Positions 18,827-27,228 of a stretch of DNA of 64,000 nucleotides are shown in pieces. Every line of letters begins with the position of its first letter. The stretch's first letter is position 1. Origin of the DNA: an uncultured virus (IMG/VR IMGVR_UViG_3300011842_000033) (taxonomy: Duplodnaviria > Heunggongvirae > Uroviricota > Caudoviricetes); the IMG/VR virus record IMGVR_UViG_3300011842_000033; one strand, written 5' to 3'. Under the pieces are notes generated by a model. It ran no database searches. It saw only the letters and a list, made by a program, of their open reading frames with translations, and was not told where the DNA came from. The translations under genes were made by a program, and so were the position numbers.

Positions 18827-19350
18827 TGCGCAGCATGCGACGACTCAGCGAAAAGATGCAGCGGGGCCTCGGTAACCTGCTTGCCCGTGCGGTGCTGGCC
18901 GGCGTGCAGCAGAACCGGCTGCAGTCCCTGCAGCTGCAACTGCTGGCCGGCGAGGTGAAAGACGGCGTCGAGCTGTTCGAGCCTTACGGGCTCACCGGTC
19001 ATGCGCTGCCGGGGGCGGAAGCAGCGGTGGCCTTCATCGATGGCAGCCGCACCCACGGCATTGCCTTGGTGCAGACCGACCGGCGCTATCGCCCCGTTGA
19101 CCTGGCGCCTGGCGAGGTGGCCCTGTTCAACCACGAGGGCACCTGTGTGGTGCTGCGTAACGGCGGGCGCATCGAGATGACCGCCGCCACCGAAGTGGCT
19201 ATCCAGACCGGTCGGCTTGCGCTGACGGGCGATCTGGCCGTCACGGGCAATACCACCTTCACCGGCACCGTGAGCGCGAACGGCAAGCGCATCGACGAAT
19301 CGCACCGCCACCCCGGTGACAGCGGTGGCACTACGGGGGCCGTGCTATGA
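18826..19350 (+). CDS. Baseplate spike (Mu gp45-like)
   Basis: EPYGLT, DRRYRP, C-terminal HxH motif. Confidence 0.9.
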   Translation: MRSMRRLSEKMQRGLGNLLARAVLAGVQQNRLQSLQLQLLAGEVKDGVELFEPYGLTGHALPGAEAAVAFIDGSRTHGIALVQTDRRYRPVDLAPGEVALFNHEGTCVVLRNGGRIEMTAATEVAIQTGRLALTGDLAVTGNTTFTGTVSANGKRIDESHRHPGDSGGTTGAVL

Positions 19351-19778
19351 GCTTCGACTTCCCGCTGATCCTTGATGGCGCCGGCCGCAAGCTGCAGGAC
19401 ACGCGCCTGGCCAAGGCCATCATCAACAGCCTGTTTTCCTGGGCTCGGGCGCGCCCCGGCGATGAGCTGCCTACCCCGGAAAGCTCGAGCATGGGTTGGT
19501 GGGGCGACAGCTATTCGCCCGTCACCGGGGATCGGTTCGGCTCACGCCTCTGGCTGCTGAGTCGTGAAACCCTCACCGCCGCGACCGTTGCCAAGGCGCG
19601 GGATCTGGCGCGCGAGGCGCTTGCCTGGCTCACCGAAGATGGCCTGGCCGTCCGCGTCACCGTAGAGGCCGAACGCATCGGCAATGACACATTGGGCATG
19701 CGCGTGCTGATCGACCGGCCGGACGGGCAACGCCTGGACATCCGTTTCGCTGACATCTGGAGTGCAATCCGTGGCTGA
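19347..19778 (+). CDS. Baseplate protein (Mu gp46-like)
   Basis: GWWGDS, GSRLWLLSR. Confidence 0.9.
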   Translation: MSFDFPLILDGAGRKLQDTRLAKAIINSLFSWARARPGDELPTPESSSMGWWGDSYSPVTGDRFGSRLWLLSRETLTAATVAKARDLAREALAWLTEDGLAVRVTVEAERIGNDTLGMRVLIDRPDGQRLDIRFADIWSAIRG

Positions 19779-20829
19779 AACCAGTTTCTCTCGCCCAACC
19801 ATGGCGATGCTGGTCGCGCGACAGCGCACCGACCTGCTGAGCCGGCTCGACCTCTCCGATGTGCGCCGCGACGATGCCGAAGTCTTCGCCCGGGTGCAGG
19901 CCGAAGGGCTCAATGGGCTCTATGCCTACCTGGAATGGCAGGCAGAACAGTACCTGCCTGACCTGGCGGCGCAAGGCGGCCTCGAGCGCTGGGCGCGACT
20001 GCTCGGCTTGTGGTACGCGCCGGCCCGCGCCGCGACCGGCGAGCTCACGGTAACCGGTGTGGTCGGCAGCCAAATCGACGTCGATGCCCAGTGGCAGACC
20101 GCGGCCGGTGTTATCTACCGGCCCGTTGATGCGGTAACGCTCACCGCCGCCACCCAGGCGGTGGCAGTCACGGCGGCGGAGGCGGGTGCGGCGGGCAACC
20201 TTGCAGCGGGGAATGTGCTGACGCTCATCTCGCCCATTGCCGGTGTTCAATCCCAGGCCGCGGTGGCGGCTGCGGGGCTCAGTGGCGGTGCCGATCAGGA
20301 AGAGGTCGAGTCGCTGCGCGCCCGGGTGCTGATGCGTCTGCGTCAACCGCCGCGTGGTGGCAGTCGCGGCGACTACGAAAGCTGGGCGCTCGCCGCCCAT
20401 GCCAGCGTGACGCGGGCGTGGGTTTACCGCCACGAGCTTGGGCCGGGCACGGTCACCGTTCGGCTGGTGTGCGATCGCCTGGATGATCCGATACCGACCG
20501 CCGCGGTGCTTGAGGCAGTGGCCGCGTACATCGAGCAGGTCCGCCCGGTTACGGCCGAAGTCTACGTTGTGGCGCCGGTGGCGGTGCCGGTCGACTTTAC
20601 CCTGCGCGTCGTTCCGGATACGGCCGCGGTCCGTGCGGGCGTGCTCAGCAGCCTGGCTGATCTGATGCGGCGTGAGTCCGAACCGGGCGGCACGCTGCTG
20701 CTGAGCCACATCAAGGAAGCGATCAGCCAGGTGGCCGGCGAAACCGACCATGTGCTGAGCGCACCCGCTGCCGACGTGGTGCTCGGTGCCGGCGAGTTTG
20801 CGGTGATGGGAGCGATCACATGGCTATGA
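19771..20829 (+). CDS. Baseplate J-like (Mu gp47) protein
   Basis: GGADQEEVESLRARV, GGSRGDYESWA, GPGTV. Confidence 0.9.
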   Translation: MAETSFSRPTMAMLVARQRTDLLSRLDLSDVRRDDAEVFARVQAEGLNGLYAYLEWQAEQYLPDLAAQGGLERWARLLGLWYAPARAATGELTVTGVVGSQIDVDAQWQTAAGVIYRPVDAVTLTAATQAVAVTAAEAGAAGNLAAGNVLTLISPIAGVQSQAAVAAAGLSGGADQEEVESLRARVLMRLRQPPRGGSRGDYESWALAAHASVTRAWVYRHELGPGTVTVRLVCDRLDDPIPTAAVLEAVAAYIEQVRPVTAEVYVVAPVAVPVDFTLRVVPDTAAVRAGVLSSLADLMRRESEPGGTLLLSHIKEAISQVAGETDHVLSAPAADVVLGAGEFAVMGAITWL

Positions 20830-21422
20830 GCAGTGAAGACTACCGGCAGCAGCTCACGGCGCTGCTTCCGCCTGGGCCGGCCTGGGAGCCGGAAGTCGAT
20901 GCCTTTCCCGAGGCGCTGCTGGCGGGCTTCGCCACCGGCCTGGCGGCGGCCCATACGCGCGCTGATGAGCTGGTGAACGAAGCCGACCCGCTCACCGTGC
21001 ATGAGCTGGTTCCGGATTGGGAGCGGGTGATGAACCTGCCCGATGCGTGCCTGGGTCCGTCCCCTACGCTGGAGGACCGCAAGCGCGCCATACGTCAGCG
21101 CTTCGCCGAACTCGGCGGCCAGACCCCGGCGCGGTACGTGCAGATTGCGGTCAGCCAGGGCTACGCCAATGCCCGAGTGGTCGAGCGTCGCGCCCCTCGC
21201 TTCGGCCGCGCCCGCTTCGGCCGTTCGCACTTCGGCACCTGGGCGCAACAGCATATGTGGACGTTGTATGCCGGCGAACGCCTGTCAGGCGGCCGCCGCT
21301 TCGGCGTCAGCTACTGGGGCGAGCGCTTCGGCGCCAACCCGGCCGCCGCGCTCGAATGCCTGATCAGACGCGCCGCCCCGGCGCACACCCTTGAAACCAT
21401 TCAATACGAAGAGGCGCCCTGA
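20820..21422 (+). CDS. YmfQ/DUF2313 (Mu gp48-like) baseplate protein
   Basis: LLPPGPAW, LPDAC, LECLIRRAAPAHT. Confidence 0.9.
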   Translation: MAMSSEDYRQQLTALLPPGPAWEPEVDAFPEALLAGFATGLAAAHTRADELVNEADPLTVHELVPDWERVMNLPDACLGPSPTLEDRKRAIRQRFAELGGQTPARYVQIAVSQGYANARVVERRAPRFGRARFGRSHFGTWAQQHMWTLYAGERLSGGRRFGVSYWGERFGANPAAALECLIRRAAPAHTLETIQYEEAP

Positions 21423-22909
21423 TGGATTACCCGAAGAGTGTGCCGGGCGTTGGCCTGGTCAATAACCAGTTTGTCGACGAAGACCCGGTGAACGGCACCC
21501 CCGGCTCGCTGATTCCGGCGAAGTGGGGCAACGACGTGACGAAAGAAATGCTGGCCGTGATTCAGGCCGCCGGCCTGGAGCCCAGCGAAGAGCAGCAAGA
21601 CCAGCTGCTAAAGGCGGTGCGCAAGCTGCGCGGCGGGGCGGTCAATTTCGGGCTGTGGCAATTCAGCGCCGCCGGTGGCAATCCCGCAGCCGGCCGCGTG
21701 ACCCTGAATAATGGCGACCCGGCCCTGGCTTCGGCGTTGCTGATTGCTGAAAGCAGCGCCGAAGCGCTGGACTACTCGCCAAGCCTGGGCATGCTGCGCG
21801 CTGGCGATACGGTAAGCCTTCAGGAGCGCGACGCGCTGGTCGTTTCGCACCGTTTCCGCGTGACCGGCCCGGCTGTGGATCACGGCGCTTATCGTTCCAT
21901 CCCGGTCAGCTATGTGAGCGGCAGCGGCGGTGCGCCTGCGGTTGACGCGATGCTGTCGGTGCTGCTGACGCAAGCCGGCGCTTCCGACGCGGCGGTGCCG
22001 CTGTTTTCGGTGCAGTGGTGGCCGAGCCGCGCGTCGATTCCGGCCGGCTATGCCCCGGTCGATGGCCAAGCGCTGCCGCGCGCTACCTTCCCTGATGCCT
22101 GGGCGGGGATTCAGGCCGGCAACGTGCCTACGGTGGCCGAAGCTACCTGGCAGGCGACCCCGGCCGAGCGTGGCAAGTACACCGTAGGCGACGGCGCGTC
22201 GACCTTCCGCCTGCCGGACTACAACGGCAAGGCGGCGGGCTCGCTGGGGGCTGTGTTCCTGCGCGGTGACGGAGCGCTTTCGGAAGCGGTGGCAGGCGCG
22301 ATTCAGCTCGACGCATTCCAAGGCCACCACCACAACATCACCTCCAGCAACGGGAATGGTGACGCAGCGGCTGGCCCTGATCGCCAGACAATCCATAACT
22401 CCGACGGTGGTGTGCTTCCGGGCGAGAAGGTGACCTCAGCAAAGTCCGACGGAGTTAACGGCCCGCCTCGCACGGCCTCAGAAACCCGCCCCCTTAACGT
22501 GACGGGCTGCTGGGTCGTCAAGCTGTTCGGCGCGGTGAATAATCCGGGGAGTGCTGATGCGGCCCAATTAGCTACGGACTATGCCGCGCTGGTTGGTCGC
22601 GTGAATGCCTTGGAAACCCGCCCGCGTGGCTTAGGAGATGGGCAGTCGTGGCAGAACGTCACGGGCAGTCGCGCCGCGAACACCGTTTACACAAACACAA
22701 CAGGTCGGCCGATCATGGTGAAGGTCATAACGATAGCCACATGGCCGGGCTCGCGCGATCTATTGGTCAATGGCGTTTCAGTTGACTATCAGGCGGTAAA
22801 CAGCACATGGAACGGCGTAATTGCTCAGTTCGCAATCGTGCCTGCGGGTGCAACCTATCAGTTCGGAGTTGCCCCGGTGCCGGTTAATCAGTGGATGGAG
22901 TTGCGATAA
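21422..22909 (+). CDS. Tail fibre protein
   Basis: MDYPKSVPGVGL N-terminus, collar motif GDGASTFRLPD, ETRPLN. Confidence 0.9.
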   Translation: MDYPKSVPGVGLVNNQFVDEDPVNGTPGSLIPAKWGNDVTKEMLAVIQAAGLEPSEEQQDQLLKAVRKLRGGAVNFGLWQFSAAGGNPAAGRVTLNNGDPALASALLIAESSAEALDYSPSLGMLRAGDTVSLQERDALVVSHRFRVTGPAVDHGAYRSIPVSYVSGSGGAPAVDAMLSVLLTQAGASDAAVPLFSVQWWPSRASIPAGYAPVDGQALPRATFPDAWAGIQAGNVPTVAEATWQATPAERGKYTVGDGASTFRLPDYNGKAAGSLGAVFLRGDGALSEAVAGAIQLDAFQGHHHNITSSNGNGDAAAGPDRQTIHNSDGGVLPGEKVTSAKSDGVNGPPRTASETRPLNVTGCWVVKLFGAVNNPGSADAAQLATDYAALVGRVNALETRPRGLGDGQSWQNVTGSRAANTVYTNTTGRPIMVKVITIATWPGSRDLLVNGVSVDYQAVNSTWNGVIAQFAIVPAGATYQFGVAPVPVNQWMELR

Positions 22910-23241
22910 TGCGATATTTCAAGAATGGAAATGGGCCAGTTCATGCCTTTACGGATGAGGAGGTTTCTACGGGATGGGTGCCCACTGGCTTGGTCGAGCT
23001 TTCGTCAGCCGAGCAGGCCGCCCACTTGGCCCCGCCGGCAGTTGAGCCCATAACTCGCGCGCAGGTCGAGGAATTGCGTTTACGCGCCTACGCCGATCCG
23101 CTGACCGGCAGCGACCGCTATTTCGCCGAGGCGCAGCGCGAAAGCCTGCTCGGCAATGCCGAGGCCGCAGAGGCGGCTAAGGCGCTCGGCCTGGCTCGTT
23201 TCGCCGAGATTCAAGCCGAATACCCCTGGCCGGCCGAGTAG
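22909..23241 (+). CDS. Tail fibre assembly-like protein
   Basis: Follows fibre; AYADPLTGSD..YPWP. Confidence 0.7.
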   Translation: MRYFKNGNGPVHAFTDEEVSTGWVPTGLVELSSAEQAAHLAPPAVEPITRAQVEELRLRAYADPLTGSDRYFAEAQRESLLGNAEAAEAAKALGLARFAEIQAEYPWPAE

Positions 23242-23308
23242 GTCGCCCGCCACCACGAAGCCCCGCCCCGTGCGGGGCTTTTCGTTTCTGATTCCGAGGA
23301 ATTCCCCG

Positions 23309-23938
23309 ATGCTGACCCATGTACTACGGGCGGCCCTGCAATGGGCCTGCCTGCTGCCGCTGCGCGTCCTGATGATCCTGGCCGGCCTGGTGGTCGTTCC
23401 GCTCGCCCTGCCGTTCCGCGTGACGCAAGGCCCGGCGCAACCCTTCAGCCAGGCCGCCGGCGACTGGCTGCTGATCCTGCTGCCGTCCTGGGCCTGGCTG
23501 TGGAGCAATGACCGCGACGGCGCCGCCGGCGACAAGCGCGGCTGGTGGCACCTGAACGCGCCTTTCGGCCTGGGCGCCTATCACTGGCTGTCGATGTTCT
23601 GGTGGCTGGCGATCCGCAACCCGGCGAACAACGCGCGCTTTTCCACGCTGTTCGGCTGCCCCGTGACCGAATGCGACTACCGCTATTGTGGCCAGGCCTC
23701 GGTCGAGGACGACCCCGGCAAGGGCGGCTGGCGGCTGCTGCTGGCCACGCACCGCAAGACCGGCCGGCGCTTCTATGGCTTCTATTGGGTGCGGCAGTGG
23801 TCGGCGACCCGCGCCCTGGTCGTGCAGCTGGGCTTCAAGGGCGAGCCCGAGGACTGGGCCGACGACTACAGCGCCGACCCCTCGAAGCAGTGGAAGGGTT
23901 TTACCTTCGAGGTGAACCTCTGGAAGGCGATCGGCTGA
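23309..23938 (+). CDS. Hypothetical Trp-rich membrane protein
   Basis: GAGGA RBS after terminator; N-terminal TM segment. Confidence 0.65.
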   Translation: MLTHVLRAALQWACLLPLRVLMILAGLVVVPLALPFRVTQGPAQPFSQAAGDWLLILLPSWAWLWSNDRDGAAGDKRGWWHLNAPFGLGAYHWLSMFWWLAIRNPANNARFSTLFGCPVTECDYRYCGQASVEDDPGKGGWRLLLATHRKTGRRFYGFYWVRQWSATRALVVQLGFKGEPEDWADDYSADPSKQWKGFTFEVNLWKAIG

Positions 23939-24358
23939 TCACTTGGAAAGTACAGCCTTCACCAGGTGGGCAAGCCATAGGAAGTCCCGTTCAGGGTGAT
24001 CAAGTTCGACAACAGTCGTTCCGTTTTCCAGCAGCACGTCGGTATGTAAGCTGAAGAGGTAGGTCGCACATAACTGCGGCTTTCCGTCGGCGCCGGGCTT
24101 GGAAACCGAGAGCACAGCGCGCACTCCGTCATCCATCAGTCGAGGAGAGATTGTCGCTGTAAATGACTGGCCCAGCGCCTGGCCGGTTACGCTGCTCGCG
24201 GCGGGGGCGTCGAGCACCACTGCTGTCTCAAGATTCCTAGTGGCAAGGCCGCGCCACCCCTCCGCCACATCAAAGAAAAACTCGGCGATTTTCTTGTACC
24301 GACGATTCGCGGTAGTCAGCGCCTGGGCCGCTTGGTGTCCATTTTCGTAGCCTTGCAT
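23939..24358 (-). CDS. Hypothetical moron protein
   Basis: AGGAG RBS, antisense to late operon, lower GC. Confidence 0.6.
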   Translation of the reverse strand: MQGYENGHQAAQALTTANRRYKKIAEFFFDVAEGWRGLATRNLETAVVLDAPAASSVTGQALGQSFTATISPRLMDDGVRAVLSVSKPGADGKPQLCATYLFSLHTDVLLENGTTVVELDHPERDFLWLAHLVKAVLSK

Positions 24359-24438
24359 TGCAATCACTCCTTGATGAATGGGAGTCCGCAGTCTGCCGTG
24401 TACAATTGGATGGCACAATGCCGGCTAGGGGCGCGAAC

Positions 24439-24642
24439 ATGCGGCTGAATGACATACACAAGGGGCTTCGGGTTTGGATAACCAACCCCGCTAAGGTACC
24501 GCTCGGATACCTCCCTTACGGGACTGTCACCAGAGTATTCGATCATCTCGGCGACCACCCGGTTTTGAACATTGGTGTGTTGCTGGATCAGGAAGGCCAT
24601 GTAGTGGGGAGCCTGCGTCCTGAAGATCTCGATTTCGAATAG
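24439..24642 (+). CDS. Small hypothetical protein
   Basis: ORF followed by terminator at ~24660-24685. Confidence 0.5.
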   Translation: MRLNDIHKGLRVWITNPAKVPLGYLPYGTVTRVFDHLGDHPVLNIGVLLDQEGHVVGSLRPEDLDFE

Positions 24643-24699
24643 CTGCACCGAATTGCGTAGGCCCGCCTTGTGCGGGCTTCTTTTTGCCTGGAGAAAAAC

Positions 24700-25332
24700 A
24701 TGCGCCCCCTGACAGAGCAGCAGCTGCTGCGCATTCTTCCCAACGCCCGCCCTGTCGCGGGCGTTTTTGTTCCTGCCCTCAATCGAGCGATGAACCGCTA
24801 TCGCATTGAGAGCCCGGTGCGTCGCGCGGCATTCCTTGCGCAGGTCGGGCATGAGTCGGGCCAGCTGCGGCGCCTGGTGGAGAACCTCAACTACAGCGCC
24901 GCCGGTCTCGCCGCGACCTGGCCTTCCCGGTTCCGCAGTGCCGATGGACAGCCGAACGCTCTGGCGCGTCGGCTGGAGCGACAGCCCGAAGCAATTGCCA
25001 ACCACGTCTATGCCGATCGGCTCGGTAACGGCCCTGCCGCCCGCGGCGACGGCTGGCGATTCCGTGGGCGCGGGCTGATCCAGCTCACCGGGCGGACAAA
25101 CTATCGCGCGTGCGGCGAGGCGATCGGCGCTGACCTGGTGGTGAATCCCGAGCTGCTCGAGCAGCCCGAGTGGGCCGCCATGTCAGCAGCATGGTTCTGG
25201 TCGAGCAACGGGCTGAACGAACTGGCCGACGCTGGCCGCTTTGAAGACGTCACCCGCCGCATCAACGGCGGTACTCACGGCCAGCCGCAGCGCCTGGCGC
25301 TCTGGCGTGCGGGGCAGGAGGTGTTGGCATGA
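24700..25332 (+). CDS. GH19 endolysin
   Basis: FLAQVGHES, FRGRGLIQLTGRTNY, TRRING. Confidence 0.95.
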   Translation: MRPLTEQQLLRILPNARPVAGVFVPALNRAMNRYRIESPVRRAAFLAQVGHESGQLRRLVENLNYSAAGLAATWPSRFRSADGQPNALARRLERQPEAIANHVYADRLGNGPAARGDGWRFRGRGLIQLTGRTNYRACGEAIGADLVVNPELLEQPEWAAMSAAWFWSSNGLNELADAGRFEDVTRRINGGTHGQPQRLALWRAGQEVLA

Positions 25333-25862
25333 TGGGCGTGCTCAAGCAGTACAAGCTGGCTGCCGCGGGTGTGGCCGTCCTCGTGCTGTGCGCGCTGTCC
25401 TTCGGCGCTGCGTGGCAGTGGCAGGGCAACGCCTACGGCAGGCAGTTGGCCGCCAAGGATGTCGAGCACCAGGTGTTTCTACGTCAAGTGGCCGAGGCCA
25501 ATGCCGCGGTGATCCTCAAGCAGCAGGCCGAACGGATTGATCTCGAAAGGCGCCTGGCCAAGGCGGACCAACAATCAACTGAGAAACTCACCCATGCACT
25601 CACCGAAAACGATCGCCTCGAGCGTCTGTATAGCTCTGCTGACGATGAGCGTCGCAGCCTGCGGATCGAAGTCACCCTTGCCCGTAATGACGCCATCGTG
25701 TCCGCCACCACCGGCTCCGGCAGCGTGGGCGATGCAGCCAGCCTCGAACTCAGTGCAGCAGCTGGACGCGCTGTTTGGGATATCCGGCGGTCAATGATCG
25801 ATGACCAGGCGAAGCTGTCCTATCTGCAGGAATGGGCCCGTCAGATTCTAGGTGTCCGCTGA
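25329..25862 (+). CDS. Rz-like inner spanin
   Basis: N-terminal TM plus coiled coil after endolysin. Confidence 0.85.
   Translation: MMGVLKQYKLAAAGVAVLVLCALSFGAAWQWQGNAYGRQLAAKDVEHQVFLRQVAEANAAVILKQQAERIDLERRLAKADQQSTEKLTHALTENDRLERLYSSADDERRSLRIEVTLARNDAIVSATTGSGSVGDAASLELSAAAGRAVWDIRRSMIDDQAKLSYLQEWARQILGVR
25594..25797 (+). CDS. Rz1-like outer spanin lipoprotein nested in Rz
   Basis: +1 frame, lipobox VAAC, Pro-rich CPPPPAPAAW. Confidence 0.8.
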   Translation: MHSPKTIASSVCIALLTMSVAACGSKSPLPVMTPSCPPPPAPAAWAMQPASNSVQQLDALFGISGGQ

Positions 25863-26162
25863 TCCATCCTCGGCCAGGCACCACCAGGACTGCGCGTAGG
25901 CAACCCCGTCGATGATTTCGTACCCAGTCAGCACGAACCCGTTGGTGCTCATGCCATGGAGAGCTACGTCCAGCAGTTGTGGTATCACGCTTGATTCCAG
26001 AGGGTTGCTCTGCACAAGCCGAGCGATCTCTGACTGGCGCCCGAGATCCTCGCTTCGGCTGGTCTCGATGCGCACATCCCCGTAGATCGGCGGGGTGCTT
26101 CGGCGCTTGCGCGGTTCTATCGGTCGGCCATGATCGCGCATCAGCCGGACATATACATACAT
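25848..26162 (-). CDS. Hypothetical protein downstream of SRAP
   Basis: Tightly linked to SRAP; GFVLTGYE..YAQSWWC. Confidence 0.65.
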   Translation of the reverse strand: MYVYVRLMRDHGRPIEPRKRRSTPPIYGDVRIETSRSEDLGRQSEIARLVQSNPLESSVIPQLLDVALHGMSTNGFVLTGYEIIDGVAYAQSWWCLAEDGSADT

Positions 26163-26164
26163 GG

Positions 26165-26866
26165 CTACAGCACCGGGTCGCTGATTCGCTCGATGAGGTG
26201 TGCTCCCTCGTTTCGCACATTGCCTACGGCCGCCGGCACCGGGTACCAGGTGAACTCATCGACGCCAAGGCCGTGCTCCAGTGCGAGCTCCTCGGCCTCT
26301 TCTGGGGATAGCTCCGGGTCCAGCCAATGCGCTGCGCATTCCGGGGACAGCACAAGCGGGCGGCGGTCGTGGATGTCGAGCATGCCCGCGCCGCTGCTTG
26401 CTGTGATGATCACGAAACCGTTCTCATCCCGTGGCTCAGCCACGCCGCCGCGCTGGAATTGCCCGATCGCAGCAAAGAAGCACGGTTCGCCAGAGGCCAG
26501 CTTGATCAAGTAGGGCTGCTTGAGCTTCGGCTTGGCCTCGTCCTTTTTCCATTCGAACCAGCCGTCCGCGGGCACGATAGCCCGGCCGGTTTTCCATATG
26601 TCGCGGAAGAACTTGCTCGTCGCGGCTGTCTCGACCCTGGCATTGATCGCCGGCGGCCGTTTCCCCTGCGCCCAGAACGGGGCGTATCCCCAGCGCACCC
26701 CGTCCATGCGCAACCCATCTTGGTCCCGGTGCAGCAACTGCACCCGCGATTGTGGCGGCACGTTGTACCGCCCGATCGGAGTCGGATCTACTCCATCGAT
26801 CGTCATCTGCCCGAGCGCTTCAAGGTATTCAATCGGGTATCGGTACTGCGTGATGCGTCCACACAT
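26165..26866 (-). CDS. SOS response-associated peptidase (SRAP/YedK/HMCES family)
   Basis: MCGR N-terminus, INARVET, GWFEW, HDRRP. Confidence 0.95.
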   Translation of the reverse strand: MCGRITQYRYPIEYLEALGQMTIDGVDPTPIGRYNVPPQSRVQLLHRDQDGLRMDGVRWGYAPFWAQGKRPPAINARVETAATSKFFRDIWKTGRAIVPADGWFEWKKDEAKPKLKQPYLIKLASGEPCFFAAIGQFQRGGVAEPRDENGFVIITASSGAGMLDIHDRRPLVLSPECAAHWLDPELSPEEAEELALEHGLGVDEFTWYPVPAAVGNVRNEGAHLIERISDPVL

Positions 26867-26994
26867 GGTTGTTCCGCAGCCTCAAAATGCATGTTCTGCA
26901 TAGACCCTAGACGCTGGAAATGGTTGGGAAGCGTGCTGCTGGTGACAGTTCGCAGCGGCTCGGCGAGGCGGTAACTGTCGCCGTTACTGTCACC

Positions 26995-27023
26995 AAATAA
27001 AAAGGGGCCTCGATAGAGGCCCC
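26995..27023 (-). terminator. Rho-independent terminator downstream of tRNA 3' end
   Basis: GGGGCCTC-tatc-GAGGCCCC-TTTTTATTT on minus strand. Confidence 0.8.
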
Positions 27024-27031
27024 GTAGAATC

Positions 27032-27075
27032 TGGAGCGGGCGAAGGGAATCGAACCCTCGTCATGAGCTTGGGAA
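27032..27075 (-). tRNA. 3' fragment of tRNA-Gly(CCC); att core, not an intact tRNA
   Basis: Reverse complement TTCCCAAGCTCATGACGAGGGTTCGATTCCCTTCGCCCGCTCCA: anticodon loop, T-arm, CCA; no D-arm upstream. Confidence 0.9.
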
Positions 27076-27228
27076 TCTATAACGGGCCAAATATCAGGGT
27101 ATAACGCGAGGTATCGTAAAGGCGCTACAATCCCCGTCCTGTATGGGCTGGGGCTTCCGGCTCAGTCTCAATCTGTCCCGCTGAATATCGTGTTAGTTCG
27201 GGACAACTGTCACCGGAAACTGTCACGC

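Larger units (their letters stand above)
1..27031 (+). mobile_element. Prophage 1 (partial; HK97-like head, Mu-like contractile tail)
   Basis: Contiguous replication, packaging, head, sheath/tube/baseplate and lysis genes ending at a tRNA-fragment att site. Confidence 0.95.
26941..27227. repeat. Integrase arm-type repeats (AACTGTCACC consensus) on both sides of att core
   Basis: 26941-50 (reverse), 26973-82, 26985-94, 27205-14, 27218-27. Confidence 0.7.

Noticed and set aside
21422..23241. Invertible tail-fibre cassette or diversity-generating retroelement
   Set aside because: No invertase, reverse transcriptase, inverted second fibre or template/variable repeat pair seen.
26145..26172. LexA box near SRAP unit
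   Set aside because: The TA-rich stretch does not fit CTGT-N8-ACAG.
27032..27110. Intact tRNA gene
   Set aside because: Similarity stops at the anticodon loop; no D-arm or 5' acceptor strand.
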